From Sedimentisphaerales bacterium (lineage in GTDB: Bacteria; Planctomycetota; Phycisphaerae; Sedimentisphaerales; Anaerobacaceae), in the NCBI GenBank assembly GCA_050015775.1, contig JBEKAT010000001.1, positions 1,238 through 65,237 of the forward strand: a stretch of DNA of 64,000 nucleotides, written 5' to 3'. Below are positions 53,847-62,767 of this stretch, one piece after another (position 1 is the stretch's first letter; every line of letters starts with the position of its first letter). The translations under genes and the position numbers were made by a program. The notes below the pieces were generated by a model, which did not search any database, was not told the origin of the DNA, and saw only the letters and a program-made list of their open reading frames with translations.

Positions 53847-54782
53847 GTGAGCGATTACGAAACAATGCAGCGAAGACGCAGTATGGCCGTCGGGGTCTTT
53901 GTCATCGTGGCGGTCATAGCGTTCTTCTGGATGATATTCAAATTCGGCGACCTGCCTGTTTTTGTCAGCGAGATAAGGTCATACGAGATTAAAATCCAGT
54001 TCCCCACCGCACCGGGCGTCCAAAAGGACACCCCGGTCCGATTCTGCGGCTACCAGATAGGCACGGTAACAGATGTCAAACCGCCGAATATTCTTCAGGA
54101 CCGAAACACGAAGCAATGGTATCATCAAACGCTGGTAATCATAAGCATCGAAAATCAGTTTAAGGATATCCCAGACATCGTAGAGGCCAAACTGATGACG
54201 CGAGGTCTCGGCTCAAGCTATATCGAGTTGAGTATTCCGCCCGTGGACGTTCGTGAAGGGAAGTTTCTCGTTGAGGGCAGTTTGCTTCAGGGTTCCAGCG
54301 GAGTAACAAGCGAGTTCTTCCCGGCGGAAACCCAGAAAAAGCTGGATGAGCTGATTATGGGCATATCCGCGTTTGTCAAAAACAGCAACGATGTCATCGG
54401 CGACGCCAATAACAAAGCCAACCTTAAGGCCGCTTTAGCTAACCTTGCTGATGCCAGTCAAGAGGCAGGCGATGCCATACGTCAGCTTAAAGAAGCGGCT
54501 GCAACGGGCAAGACAATGCTCCAGAACGCCGACACCAGGACCGCCCAGCTTACCACGTCTCTTGTCACGACCAGTGATAAGCTTAGCGAGGTAATGACCA
54601 ATCTCGACAGCCTTCTCACCAAAATAAACGACGGTGAAGGCACGGCAGGCAAATTAGTGAACGACGGCCGGCTTTATGAGCAACTGCTTGAAGACAGCAA
54701 ACAGCTTCATTTAGTCCTGCAGGACATGAAAACCTTTGTGACTGAATCAAAAGAAAAAGGCATTTCTATCAAGCTGAAGTAG
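53847..54782 (+). CDS. MlaD/MCE-domain membrane protein
   Basis: 311 aa with an N-terminal TM helix (VGVFVIVAVIAFFWMIF), an MCE beta-barrel-like core and a helical C-terminal part. Confidence 0.7.
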   Translation: MSDYETMQRRRSMAVGVFVIVAVIAFFWMIFKFGDLPVFVSEIRSYEIKIQFPTAPGVQKDTPVRFCGYQIGTVTDVKPPNILQDRNTKQWYHQTLVIISIENQFKDIPDIVEAKLMTRGLGSSYIELSIPPVDVREGKFLVEGSLLQGSSGVTSEFFPAETQKKLDELIMGISAFVKNSNDVIGDANNKANLKAALANLADASQEAGDAIRQLKEAAATGKTMLQNADTRTAQLTTSLVTTSDKLSEVMTNLDSLLTKINDGEGTAGKLVNDGRLYEQLLEDSKQLHLVLQDMKTFVTESKEKGISIKLK

Positions 54783-54846
54783 GGTTGCCTTCCAAGCCAT
54801 AAAAAGTTATCATTCCACGAATCATAATCATGGAAGGTGTGCGCAA

Positions 54847-56109
54847 ATGACTAAAGGTTCCGTAATCCGTCCGACAGCGGAAGATAAAAAAGCAGTAGGC
54901 AAAATTCTCGAACTGGCAAAGGAAGCGAATATCGATATCGCCGGTGGCAGGGTAAGAAGAACATCGTCCCGGTTTTGTCTCGGCGTTGAGCACGGCGATT
55001 ACAACGGGACTGAACTATTCGGCGTCGGCACAGACCGCTTTATCTGGATGGCCTATAAGCCGGCTGATACGCCGCGGGTGTGGCTTTACAGCGGCAATTT
55101 CCCCGGCGACGGAGTAGTCGAATTCGAGCTGGGCAATGTTCCTGAGCCGAGGTCGCCGCAAACAGCCGACACCTGGGCGCGTTTTGCTTATGGCGTCTAT
55201 TTTGTCCTTCGTCGGGCCGGCTACAAAATCACCAGAGGAATCGACGCGATAATCTACGGCAATATACCCGGCGGCGGGATGTCTCGTTCGGCATCGCTTG
55301 CCCTTAACCTGATACTGTCCGTCTTGGACGCCAATGGCATTGAGGAGCCGGACAAACTAAAAATTGTTGATTTGGCGCAGCAGGTCGAAAATGATTACAT
55401 CGGCTCACCCTGCGGCAAATTAGACCAGATTATGATACTCTTCGCCCGTGAGGGGTTCGGCACATACTACAATCCCAAAAAGAGGTCGGTCGAATATGTC
55501 CCCTTGGGTAAATGCGAAGCCGATTTCTCCATCGTCGTTATGGATACCGGCACCGTCAGACCCGGACTGGAAAAATCGACTTATAAAATAAGAAGGGCCG
55601 AGTGCGAACAACTGGTTTCAATTCTTCAGAAGAATGGCTATAAAATATCCTGCCTTGCGGATATCAAGACCGAGGCACAGTATGAAAAGATATTGGCCCA
55701 GTTTGCTGGTCAGTACCCCGACCTGTGTGACAGGTTCAAATATATCTTCGCCGCCCAGGAACGCTTTTATGAAATGTTAGACGCCTGGAAACGCGGCGAC
55801 GTAGCGACGGTAGGGCGGATATTCCGCGAAGACGGCATTGGCCTTCGTGATGAGTATAAAATCTCAGGCCCTGAGCTTGAAACGATGTGCGATATTGCCA
55901 GAACCATTCCCGGCTGTCTTGGCGAGCGAATGTTAGGCGGCGGCGACAAGGGCGCGGCCGGGGCATTGGTCAAAACAGCGAATGTAAACGCCCTCAAAAA
56001 GGCGGTTGATACCACATATCCTCGCAGCCGATCCGATTTTGCCGATAAATATGCTGTTCACGTCTGCAAGGTCGTCGATGGCGTGAGAGTATATGATGAC
56101 CTGATTTAG
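54847..56109 (+). CDS. galactokinase-family GHMP sugar kinase
   Basis: 420 aa. LGVEHGDYNG resembles the GalK signature GEHxDYNGG. GHMP motifs are GNIPGGGMSRSASLALN and MLGGGDKGAAGALV. Confidence 0.7.
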   Translation: MTKGSVIRPTAEDKKAVGKILELAKEANIDIAGGRVRRTSSRFCLGVEHGDYNGTELFGVGTDRFIWMAYKPADTPRVWLYSGNFPGDGVVEFELGNVPEPRSPQTADTWARFAYGVYFVLRRAGYKITRGIDAIIYGNIPGGGMSRSASLALNLILSVLDANGIEEPDKLKIVDLAQQVENDYIGSPCGKLDQIMILFAREGFGTYYNPKKRSVEYVPLGKCEADFSIVVMDTGTVRPGLEKSTYKIRRAECEQLVSILQKNGYKISCLADIKTEAQYEKILAQFAGQYPDLCDRFKYIFAAQERFYEMLDAWKRGDVATVGRIFREDGIGLRDEYKISGPELETMCDIARTIPGCLGERMLGGGDKGAAGALVKTANVNALKKAVDTTYPRSRSDFADKYAVHVCKVVDGVRVYDDLI

Positions 56110-56219
56110 AACCCGCGGAGGATTGTGCTTTGTCGGCGGGGCTGGCAGGGTGGCTAAAATACAGCCCCCCATCTTTACACCGAGCAAATAACACGGATTT
56201 GCCGGGTCCCTCATCCATA

Positions 56220-56252
56220 ACTCAAAACTAAACACTCAATACTCAAAACTAA
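56220..56252. repeat. direct repeat ACTCAAAACTAA x2 (21-nt period, with ACTCAAT between) abutting the promoter -35
   Basis: Read directly: ACTCAAAACTAA ACACTCAAT ACTCAAAACTAA. Confidence 0.6.
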
Positions 56253-56255
56253 CAT

Positions 56256-56284
56256 TTGACTCCTCCTTTGTGAAAATCTATAGT
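56256..56284 (+). promoter_or_regulatory. near-consensus promoter TTGACT-17-TATAGT for the nuclease-like gene
   Basis: Read directly. It lies about 120 nt upstream of ATG 56403. Confidence 0.5.
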
Positions 56285-56402
56285 GGGTTTGGCTAAAAAC
56301 AGTTTTTTATGGCCGGAAGAGATTCACACCTTTGCCCGTCAACTTTGCCGTCCGGCAGATGGGATATACAGACTGTATAGGCATTATTCGCAGGGAGACA
56401 TC

Positions 56403-57155
56403 ATGAATATTGAGGAATATTTCCAGTCATTAACTACCGAGTTCGACTCACTCAAAAATCGTGTTCGTAATTTCATTCAAGACGCTCATTGGTTGACAGA
56501 TGGTGAGTGGAAAGAGAGCGTATTGCGTTCATTCCTTGTACGCAGACTCCCAGAGACGATTAAGGTTGGACGGGGTTTTGTTGTCACTTCGGATGGGCCT
56601 TCAAGCCAATGCGACATCCTTTTATATAGGGCAAGCGCGCCTACGTTGTTCAAGGACGGCGACCTTGTGTTTCTGACTCCAGATGCAGTTGTCGGAATTA
56701 TAGAGGTTAAGTCGAAGACAGACAGTAGAACACTGCGGTTAGCACTTGAGAAATTCGCCGAAATTGGAACGAAACTGGGAAGTGATCGTGATTGTTTTTT
56801 TGGTCTATTTTCTTACGAAACCGAAATACAGAATGACCAACAGATACTGGAAGCCCTCCGAGATGTCTGTAATCACGAAACCAAAATCGTGGATATGCTG
56901 AGCCTCGGATGCCACACGTTTATAAGATGGTGGAAGCAAAAACCAGATGGAGAAATACAGCATTACGAACGGTGGCATTCATACAAGCTTCAGAACATGT
57001 CGGCAGGTTACTTCATCGCAAATGTATTGGCCTTCGTCTGCCCAGAATATGTGTTGCGCAACAAGTGGTTGTGGTTTCCCGAAGAGGGAAAGGAATCAAA
57101 GAAGACAGACGACATTGCATATGCCACCGGTGATGCAGAGGACGAAAGGACGTAA
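56403..57155 (+). CDS. PD-(D/E)xK nuclease-fold protein (DUF6602-like by recollection)
   Basis: Track ORF from 56283. ATG 56403 follows GGGAGA. SSQCDILLY ... PDAVVGIIEVKSK gives a D ... E-x-K arrangement typical of the restriction-endonuclease fold. Confidence 0.55.
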   Translation: MNIEEYFQSLTTEFDSLKNRVRNFIQDAHWLTDGEWKESVLRSFLVRRLPETIKVGRGFVVTSDGPSSQCDILLYRASAPTLFKDGDLVFLTPDAVVGIIEVKSKTDSRTLRLALEKFAEIGTKLGSDRDCFFGLFSYETEIQNDQQILEALRDVCNHETKIVDMLSLGCHTFIRWWKQKPDGEIQHYERWHSYKLQNMSAGYFIANVLAFVCPEYVLRNKWLWFPEEGKESKKTDDIAYATGDAEDERT

Positions 57156-57159
57156 CTCG

Positions 57160-57790
57160 TTGAAACGCAAGCGATTGGACGAATCACATAATGTAGAGCA
57201 TTATCAGAATATAGTATTCGCGTTCAGCGATCTCATAGCCGCACATAGACCACTCATCGGTGATTGCAGCATGCTACCACACCCCCAAAAAACGATTTTA
57301 TACGCAATTGAATGGCTTATGCATCGTTATTCCGAAACCATGCCGGAGGAAAAATACGATAAAATTAGGCCAACCCTCAGCTATCTTCTTAACAGTGCTG
57401 GCCCGCGACTGGCACGAGATTGATCCCGAGGACAAGGCTGCAATTGCAGAACTTGGCAAATTTGACTCGTTTCCGGATTGGGCACTACACCTGAAACTGA
57501 AATACATTGACGAAGAAAAAGCCAGACAAGAGGCCCTCGATGCGACTTTAGAGGTACTCAAGGGCAAAGTTGCCACCAAGAATAGAACTGCTACTATGAG
57601 CGTTAATCCGTCTGCCCCCTCCTTTGGAGCACAAAATAGAATCGTCACAAAAGATAAAGCTGACGCTGCAAAGGTGAGTTTGAAGGCGATGCTATCACAG
57701 ATGAATGTTGACGTTGACTCGGTAGAGCGAAAACAGGTTGAGGGGGCGGCACAAAAGGCAAAGAAAACGAATTCACAGAGTGGAAGTTAA
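57160..57790 (+). pseudogene. unknown gene split over two frames (frameshift near 57390-57400)
   Basis: Frame 1 (TTG 57160 to stop 57423) reads ...NVEHYQNIVFAFSDLIAAHRPLIGD ... KIRPTLSYLL. The protein-like sequence continues in frame 2 as VLARDWHEIDPEDKAAIAELGKFDSFPDWALHLK ... up to stop 57790. The alternative reading is two overlapping small genes. Confidence 0.4.
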
Positions 57791-58368
57791 ACCAAATCGC
57801 AGGCGTCAGGCGGCATCCAGTGAGCGTCTTTGCCATCCCACTTTACATTACAACCTATCGGGTTGGTCATCGGAGTAGTTACCTTTTTGCCTGCGAGAAT
57901 TTCCGCCAGAGCGTTTTCGAGGTCATTTACAGTCATCCTGCCGGTTTCACGTGGATTGTCAACGCCTCGGCCGGTATAAACGAGCTTTCTTTTTTCATTG
58001 AAGACAAAAAAATGCGGCGTCCGCAGCGCGCCATAAGCCCGTGCGATATCCTGGGTATCGTCATAAAGATACATCCAGGGAAATTTGTGCTCTTTCATAC
58101 GTTTGACCATATTATCAAACGAATCTTCCGCGTAGGTATTTGGGCTGTTAGAGTTTATGCCGACAAACTTCACGCCCTTGGGTTCGAACGCCTTCGCGGT
58201 CTGTCTTGTCACTTCATCAGACCCGATTACGTATGGACAGTGATTACAGGTGAAAAAGACGACTAAGATTTTAGCGTCCGCGAAATCTTTGAGTGAATAC
58301 GTCTTGCCGTCGGTGGCCCGAAGCGAAAAATTCGGGGCCGCTGAACCAATTGGTAGCGTAAAGGCCAT
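57787..58368 (-). CDS. thioredoxin-fold redoxin (AhpC/TSA-like) protein
   Basis: 193 aa. [12 protein letters not shown] is a CxxC-type site in a redoxin fold. Confidence 0.7.
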   Translation of the reverse strand: MAFTLPIGSAAPNFSLRATDGKTYSLKDFADAKILVVFFTCNHCPYVIGSDEVTRQTAKAFEPKGVKFVGINSNSPNTYAEDSFDNMVKRMKEHKFPWMYLYDDTQDIARAYGALRTPHFFVFNEKRKLVYTGRGVDNPRETGRMTVNDLENALAEILAGKKVTTPMTNPIGCNVKWDGKDAHWMPPDACDLV

Positions 58369-58585
58369 ATTACCTCCTGCTATTGCATAGTTTTCTCGAT
58401 TTTTTAGTATAAGCCATTCTCACTTTACGGCTGCTCATATTCTATTGTTCAGACCATTTAATTAACAGCCCAAATTTCAGATTTGATGCCTTGGTGGTAA
58501 GAAATTTCGTCTCGTTATTCATATTGAAACATCGTGCAATAAAGGGTAATCTGCCGGGTCGAATCTTTATCTGAAAGGTGCGAAT

Positions 58586-60271
58586 ATGAAGAGTCGCTTC
58601 ATTGTAGCGGCGGTTGTTTCGCTGGTCGTTATAAGCGGCGGTTGTGCGGGGTCAGATGCGCCAAAAGAGCCGGCAAAGATAAGCGAGGATATCCGGCTGA
58701 ATTCCCTAGGTTATTTGCCTGCGGCGCAGAAGAAGGCGACGATTATAAGCAAGTGTTCGAATTTCACCGTAAAGGAGGCCTCGAAGGGCAAGGCCGTTTA
58801 TTCCGGCAAGGTTACGGGGCCGATTAGCCAGGCGGACGTGAATCAGACGGCCTGGATTGCCGATTTCTCGAAGGTCAATAAGCCGGGGAAATATTATCTG
58901 GAAGTGCCGGAGGCGGGGCGGTCAATCGATTTTGAGATAGGCGATAAGGTTTACGATTTCGCTTTTTATACGTGTATGCGGGCGTTTTACCTCTGGCGTT
59001 GCGGAACCGAGGTCAACGCCATATTTAACGGCAATCGATTTTATCATGCCGCCTGCCACACCGACGATGCTTGGCAGAATTACCTTGATATAAAAGACCC
59101 GAACACGAAGCGCGACGGCACGGGCGGCTGGCACGACGCTGGGGACTACAATAAATATGTAGTCAACGCGGGGGTGACGCTGGGGGCGATGTTCTGGGCG
59201 TGGGAACAGTTCGGCGATAAGCTCAAAAATATCAAGCTCGATATATCCGATACTGCGCCGGGATACCCGGATTATCTCAAGGAGCTGAAATGGGAGACCG
59301 ACTGGCTTTTGAAGATGCAGTATCCGGATGGTTCCGGGAAGGTATCGCATAAAATCAGCACGCTGCGGTTCGGGGGGTTCATTCTGCCGGAAAAAGAAAC
59401 GGAACCACGATACTTTGTGGGCTGGGGTTCGCCGGCAACTGCTGACTTTACGGCGATGATGGCAATGGCGGCCCGGTATTTCAAGCCATACGACGAAAAA
59501 TACGCACAAATCTGTCTTGAGGCAGCGAAGAAAAGCTATGAATTTCTCGATAAAAACAGGGAAAACAAGCAGCCCGACCAGTCGGCGTTCAGGACGGGTG
59601 TTTACCCGACAACTGACCAGGATGACCGGATGTGGGCGGCGGTGGAATTGTGGGAAACAACCGGCGAGCCGAATTACCTGCGCGCTTTCGAGCGGGCGTG
59701 TTTTGGTTTCGAGGATAAAATCGAGTTCTACTGGGACTGGGGCAACGTCAAAAACCTGGCGATGTTTACCTATCTTTTCAGCAAAAGGGAAGGCAAAAGA
59801 GACAACCTTGTCGAAGACATAAGGCGCGACCTGGTAAGAACAGCCGACTCGATTGTCGCCCAACGCAATAAGGATATTTACGGCAGATGCCTCGGCGAGC
59901 AATACCGCTGGGGCAGCAACGGCACGGTCGCAAGAGAGTGCCTTACCCTGCAATTAGCCAACAGGGTTTCGCCGAACCAGGAATATATCGAGACGGCCCT
60001 TGATTCAATCAGTCATTTGTTCGGGCGTAATTACTATTGCAGGTCGTTTGTAACAGGACTGGGTTACAAGCCGCCGATGAACCCGCACGACAGGCGTTCG
60101 GGTGGCGACAGGGTCCGCGACCCCTGGCCCGGCTATATTGTCGGAGGCGGACATTCCGCCACGGGCTGGCAGGATATTGAGAAAGACGCCCGCACCAATG
60201 AGATTTGCATCAACTGGCAGGGGGCTTTGGTTTACGCACTCGCCGGGTTTGCAAGCGGCTCAGGCAATTAA
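58586..60271 (+). CDS. GH9-family endoglucanase-like lipoprotein with an N-terminal Ig-like domain
   Basis: 561 aa with lipobox VISGGC. The Ig-like domain reads IRLNSLGYLP. GH9 motifs are GGWHDAGDYNKYV, NPHDRRS and NEICINW. Confidence 0.8.
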   Translation: MKSRFIVAAVVSLVVISGGCAGSDAPKEPAKISEDIRLNSLGYLPAAQKKATIISKCSNFTVKEASKGKAVYSGKVTGPISQADVNQTAWIADFSKVNKPGKYYLEVPEAGRSIDFEIGDKVYDFAFYTCMRAFYLWRCGTEVNAIFNGNRFYHAACHTDDAWQNYLDIKDPNTKRDGTGGWHDAGDYNKYVVNAGVTLGAMFWAWEQFGDKLKNIKLDISDTAPGYPDYLKELKWETDWLLKMQYPDGSGKVSHKISTLRFGGFILPEKETEPRYFVGWGSPATADFTAMMAMAARYFKPYDEKYAQICLEAAKKSYEFLDKNRENKQPDQSAFRTGVYPTTDQDDRMWAAVELWETTGEPNYLRAFERACFGFEDKIEFYWDWGNVKNLAMFTYLFSKREGKRDNLVEDIRRDLVRTADSIVAQRNKDIYGRCLGEQYRWGSNGTVARECLTLQLANRVSPNQEYIETALDSISHLFGRNYYCRSFVTGLGYKPPMNPHDRRSGGDRVRDPWPGYIVGGGHSATGWQDIEKDARTNEICINWQGALVYALAGFASGSGN

Positions 60272-60287
60272 GAATGAAGGATTTACG

Positions 60288-60320
60288 AAGGCCGAGCGAA
60301 CTATCGCCCGGCCTTTTTTT
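60288..60320 (+). terminator. Rho-independent terminator after the GH9 gene
   Basis: AAGGCCG-A-GCGA-ACTA-TCGC-C-CGGCCTT, followed by TTTTT. Confidence 0.75.
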
Positions 60321-60345
60321 GCGTCGAAACGGGCAAATTAAGAGG

Positions 60346-60374
60346 TTGACAGGTATTTGGCGTGCGCATATAGT
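60346..60374 (+). promoter_or_regulatory. near-consensus promoter TTGACA-17-TATAGT
   Basis: Read directly. It lies about 49 nt upstream of ATG 60423. Confidence 0.55.
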
Positions 60375-60422
60375 AATCAATTCCACACGATTGTTAATGG
60401 TCGATTTTTGAAAGGGAAAGAT

Positions 60423-61595
60423 ATGAAACTCGACCGCAAGTTACGGATGGGAATGATTGGGGGCGGGCCGGGGGCGTTTATTGGAGATGTGCATCGCAAG
60501 GCGTCACGGTTGGACGGGGAAATCAAGCTTGTAGCAGGCGCATTCGATATCAATCCTGAAAAATCCGAGCAGATGGGCAGAGAGCTTGCGCTTGACCAGG
60601 CGCGGGTTTACGGCACTTATACCGAGATGATAAAGTCGGAATTGAAGCTGCCTGAAAGCGAGCGGATTGATTTCGTCTCGATAACGACGCCTAATAACTG
60701 GCATTTTCCCATCGCGAGGGATTTCCTTAAGGCGGGATTTCACGTTATGTGCGAAAAGCCGATGACGATTACGAGCAAGGAAGCCAAGCAGTTGCAGTCG
60801 CTTGTTAAAAGCACGGGCAAGGTTTTCGGCCTGATGCACAATTACACCGGCTACCCGATGGTTAAGCTGGCCAAAGATATGGTCAAGAAGGGCGATATGG
60901 GCGGCATACGCAAGGTCGTTGTGCAGTATCCGCAAGGATGGCTCGCGACGGCTTTGGAAAGAACCGGCAGTATGCAGGCCGGCTGGCGAACCGACCCCAA
61001 ACAGAGCGGCGCGGGCGGCTGCGTCGGCGACATCGGAACTCACGCTGCCAATTTGGCTGAATACATCACGGGATTGAAAATCACTCACATCTGCGCGGAG
61101 CTGACGACGTTCGTCGAAGGACGCAAACTCGACGACGATGTCAACTGCCTGATTAAGTTCAATAACGGGGCAAAGGGTGTTTTGCACGCAAGCCAGATTT
61201 CGATAGGCGAAGAAAATAACCTTGCTATCTGGGTACACGGCGAAAAGGGCAGTTTGGAATGGCATCAGGAAAATCCCAACTACTTATATACAAGGGCGAT
61301 GAACACGCCTGAGCAGGTCTGGAAACGCGGCAATGGCTACATAGGCGAATACAGCGCCGCGGCGGGTCGCGGAACGCGATTGCCTTTCGGGCATCCGGAG
61401 GCGTTTTTCGAGGCGTTCGCGAATAATTACCGCAATTTCGCGGAGACGGTCAAGTGCGCGATTGCGGGCGACAAACCCAGTGAGCTTGAGAAGGATTTCC
61501 CGGGCGTCAACGAGGGCGTTCGCGGCATATTGTTTATCGAGACGGTTGTCGCAAGCGCAAAAAGCGCGAAGAAGTGGACGCCGATGAAGAAATAG
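60423..61595 (+). CDS. Gfo/Idh/MocA-family NAD(P)-dependent oxidoreductase
   Basis: Track ORF from 60357; start MKLDRKLRMGMIGGGPGAFIG (Rossmann) at 60423. The EKP motif is HVMCEKPM. Confidence 0.8.
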   Translation: MKLDRKLRMGMIGGGPGAFIGDVHRKASRLDGEIKLVAGAFDINPEKSEQMGRELALDQARVYGTYTEMIKSELKLPESERIDFVSITTPNNWHFPIARDFLKAGFHVMCEKPMTITSKEAKQLQSLVKSTGKVFGLMHNYTGYPMVKLAKDMVKKGDMGGIRKVVVQYPQGWLATALERTGSMQAGWRTDPKQSGAGGCVGDIGTHAANLAEYITGLKITHICAELTTFVEGRKLDDDVNCLIKFNNGAKGVLHASQISIGEENNLAIWVHGEKGSLEWHQENPNYLYTRAMNTPEQVWKRGNGYIGEYSAAAGRGTRLPFGHPEAFFEAFANNYRNFAETVKCAIAGDKPSELEKDFPGVNEGVRGILFIETVVASAKSAKKWTPMKK

Positions 61596-61597
61596 AC

Positions 61598-61661
61598 AGC
61601 GTTCAGCGGACAGCGTATAGCGGATAGTAAAAGGTTTCAGTGGAATCTGTGGAATCAGTGG
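61598..61661. repeat. two adjacent micro-arrays: heptamer AGCGNNN x4, then nonamer CWGTGGAAT x2.5
   Basis: AGCGTTC AGCGGAC AGCGTAT AGCGGAT lies at 61598-61625. CAGTGGAAT CTGTGGAAT CAGTGG lies at 61638-61661. Confidence 0.6.
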
Positions 61662-61677
61662 TTAAGGAGAAGGAAAA

Positions 61678-62676
61678 ATGGCAAGACCGGTAACGTTATT
61701 CACGGGACAATGGGCGGACCTGCCTCTTGAGGTTCTGGCGGCCAAGGCGGCGAGTTGGGGATACGATGGGCTGGAGTTGGCCTGCTGGGGCGACCATTTC
61801 GACGTTGACAAGGCGCTGGCGGACGAGAAGTATTGTGAATCGAAGCGCAAATTGCTGAAAAAGCATGGGCTTGAGGTTTACGCGATATCGACTCACTTAG
61901 TAGGCCAGGCGGTTTGCGATAATATCGACGGGCGTCACAAGTCGATTTTACCCCCGGACGTCTGGGGCGACGGCGAGCCGGAAGGCGTTCGCAAAAGGGC
62001 GGCGCAGAAGCTCATCGATACCGCCAAGGCCGCGAAGCTCCTCGGCGTAAAAGTCGTCAATGGCTTTACCGGCAGCTCAATCTGGCACTATATGTATTCT
62101 TTTCCCCCGGTTTCGCCGGAGATGATAAAGGCGGGATACAGGGATTTTGGGAAGAGGTTTAAGCCGATTCTTGACGCGTTCAAATCAAAGGGCGTCAAGT
62201 TTGCACTGGAAGTTCACCCGACGGAAATAGCGTTTGATATTGCGTCGGCACAGCGTGCGCTTGAAGCGGTGAAGAATCACCCGGCGTTCGGATTTAATTA
62301 TGACCCGAGCCATTTCGGGTATCAGGGGGTTGATTATGTGAAGTTCATACGGACATTTGGGAAGCGGATTTTTCACACACATATGAAGGACGCGTGGTGG
62401 GGACATGGGGACGGGACGGTCGGGGTATTCGGCGGTCATACGGAGTTTGCCGACCCAAGGCGGTTCTGGGATTTCCGGTCGATAGGGCACGGCGATATAA
62501 ACTTCGAGGAGATTATCGTCGCGTTGAATGATATTGGTTATCAGGGGCCGCTTTCAGTTGAATGGGAAGACAGTCGGATGGACCGAGAGCACGGGGCAAA
62601 AGAGGCGTGCGAATATATCAAGAGGGCTGATTTCAAGCCGTCGCAGTTGGCGTTCGACGCACAGTTTGATAAATAA
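61678..62676 (+). CDS. sugar phosphate isomerase/epimerase (xylose-isomerase-like TIM barrel)
   Basis: 332 aa with [32 protein letters not shown] and SVEWED are typical AP-endonuclease-2/xylose-isomerase-like barrel motifs. Confidence 0.75.
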   Translation: MARPVTLFTGQWADLPLEVLAAKAASWGYDGLELACWGDHFDVDKALADEKYCESKRKLLKKHGLEVYAISTHLVGQAVCDNIDGRHKSILPPDVWGDGEPEGVRKRAAQKLIDTAKAAKLLGVKVVNGFTGSSIWHYMYSFPPVSPEMIKAGYRDFGKRFKPILDAFKSKGVKFALEVHPTEIAFDIASAQRALEAVKNHPAFGFNYDPSHFGYQGVDYVKFIRTFGKRIFHTHMKDAWWGHGDGTVGVFGGHTEFADPRRFWDFRSIGHGDINFEEIIVALNDIGYQGPLSVEWEDSRMDREHGAKEACEYIKRADFKPSQLAFDAQFDK

Positions 62677-62694
62677 GACGAAAAATATCAAGGC

Positions 62695-62728
62695 GGAAAA
62701 GGGGCCTGACCCCTTTTCCACTTTCTTT
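62695..62728 (+). terminator. hairpin terminator GGAAAAGGGG-CCTGA-CCCCTTTTCC with a T-rich tail
   Basis: Read directly, 19 nt after the stop codon. Confidence 0.65.
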
Positions 62729-62767
62729 AACAGTCAATATATCAGGTAATATTTGACGGGGGTTGAA

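Noticed and set aside
58922-59953. 343-aa ORF on the minus strand
   Set aside because: It lies entirely antisense to the well-supported GH9 gene (58586-60271). Its Arg/Pro/Val-rich composition is typical of antisense frames in GC-rich coding DNA, and it has no recognisable motifs.
60504-61265. 253-aa ORF on the minus strand
   Set aside because: It is antisense to the Gfo/Idh/MocA oxidoreductase gene, has biased Arg/Leu/Ala composition and has no start context.
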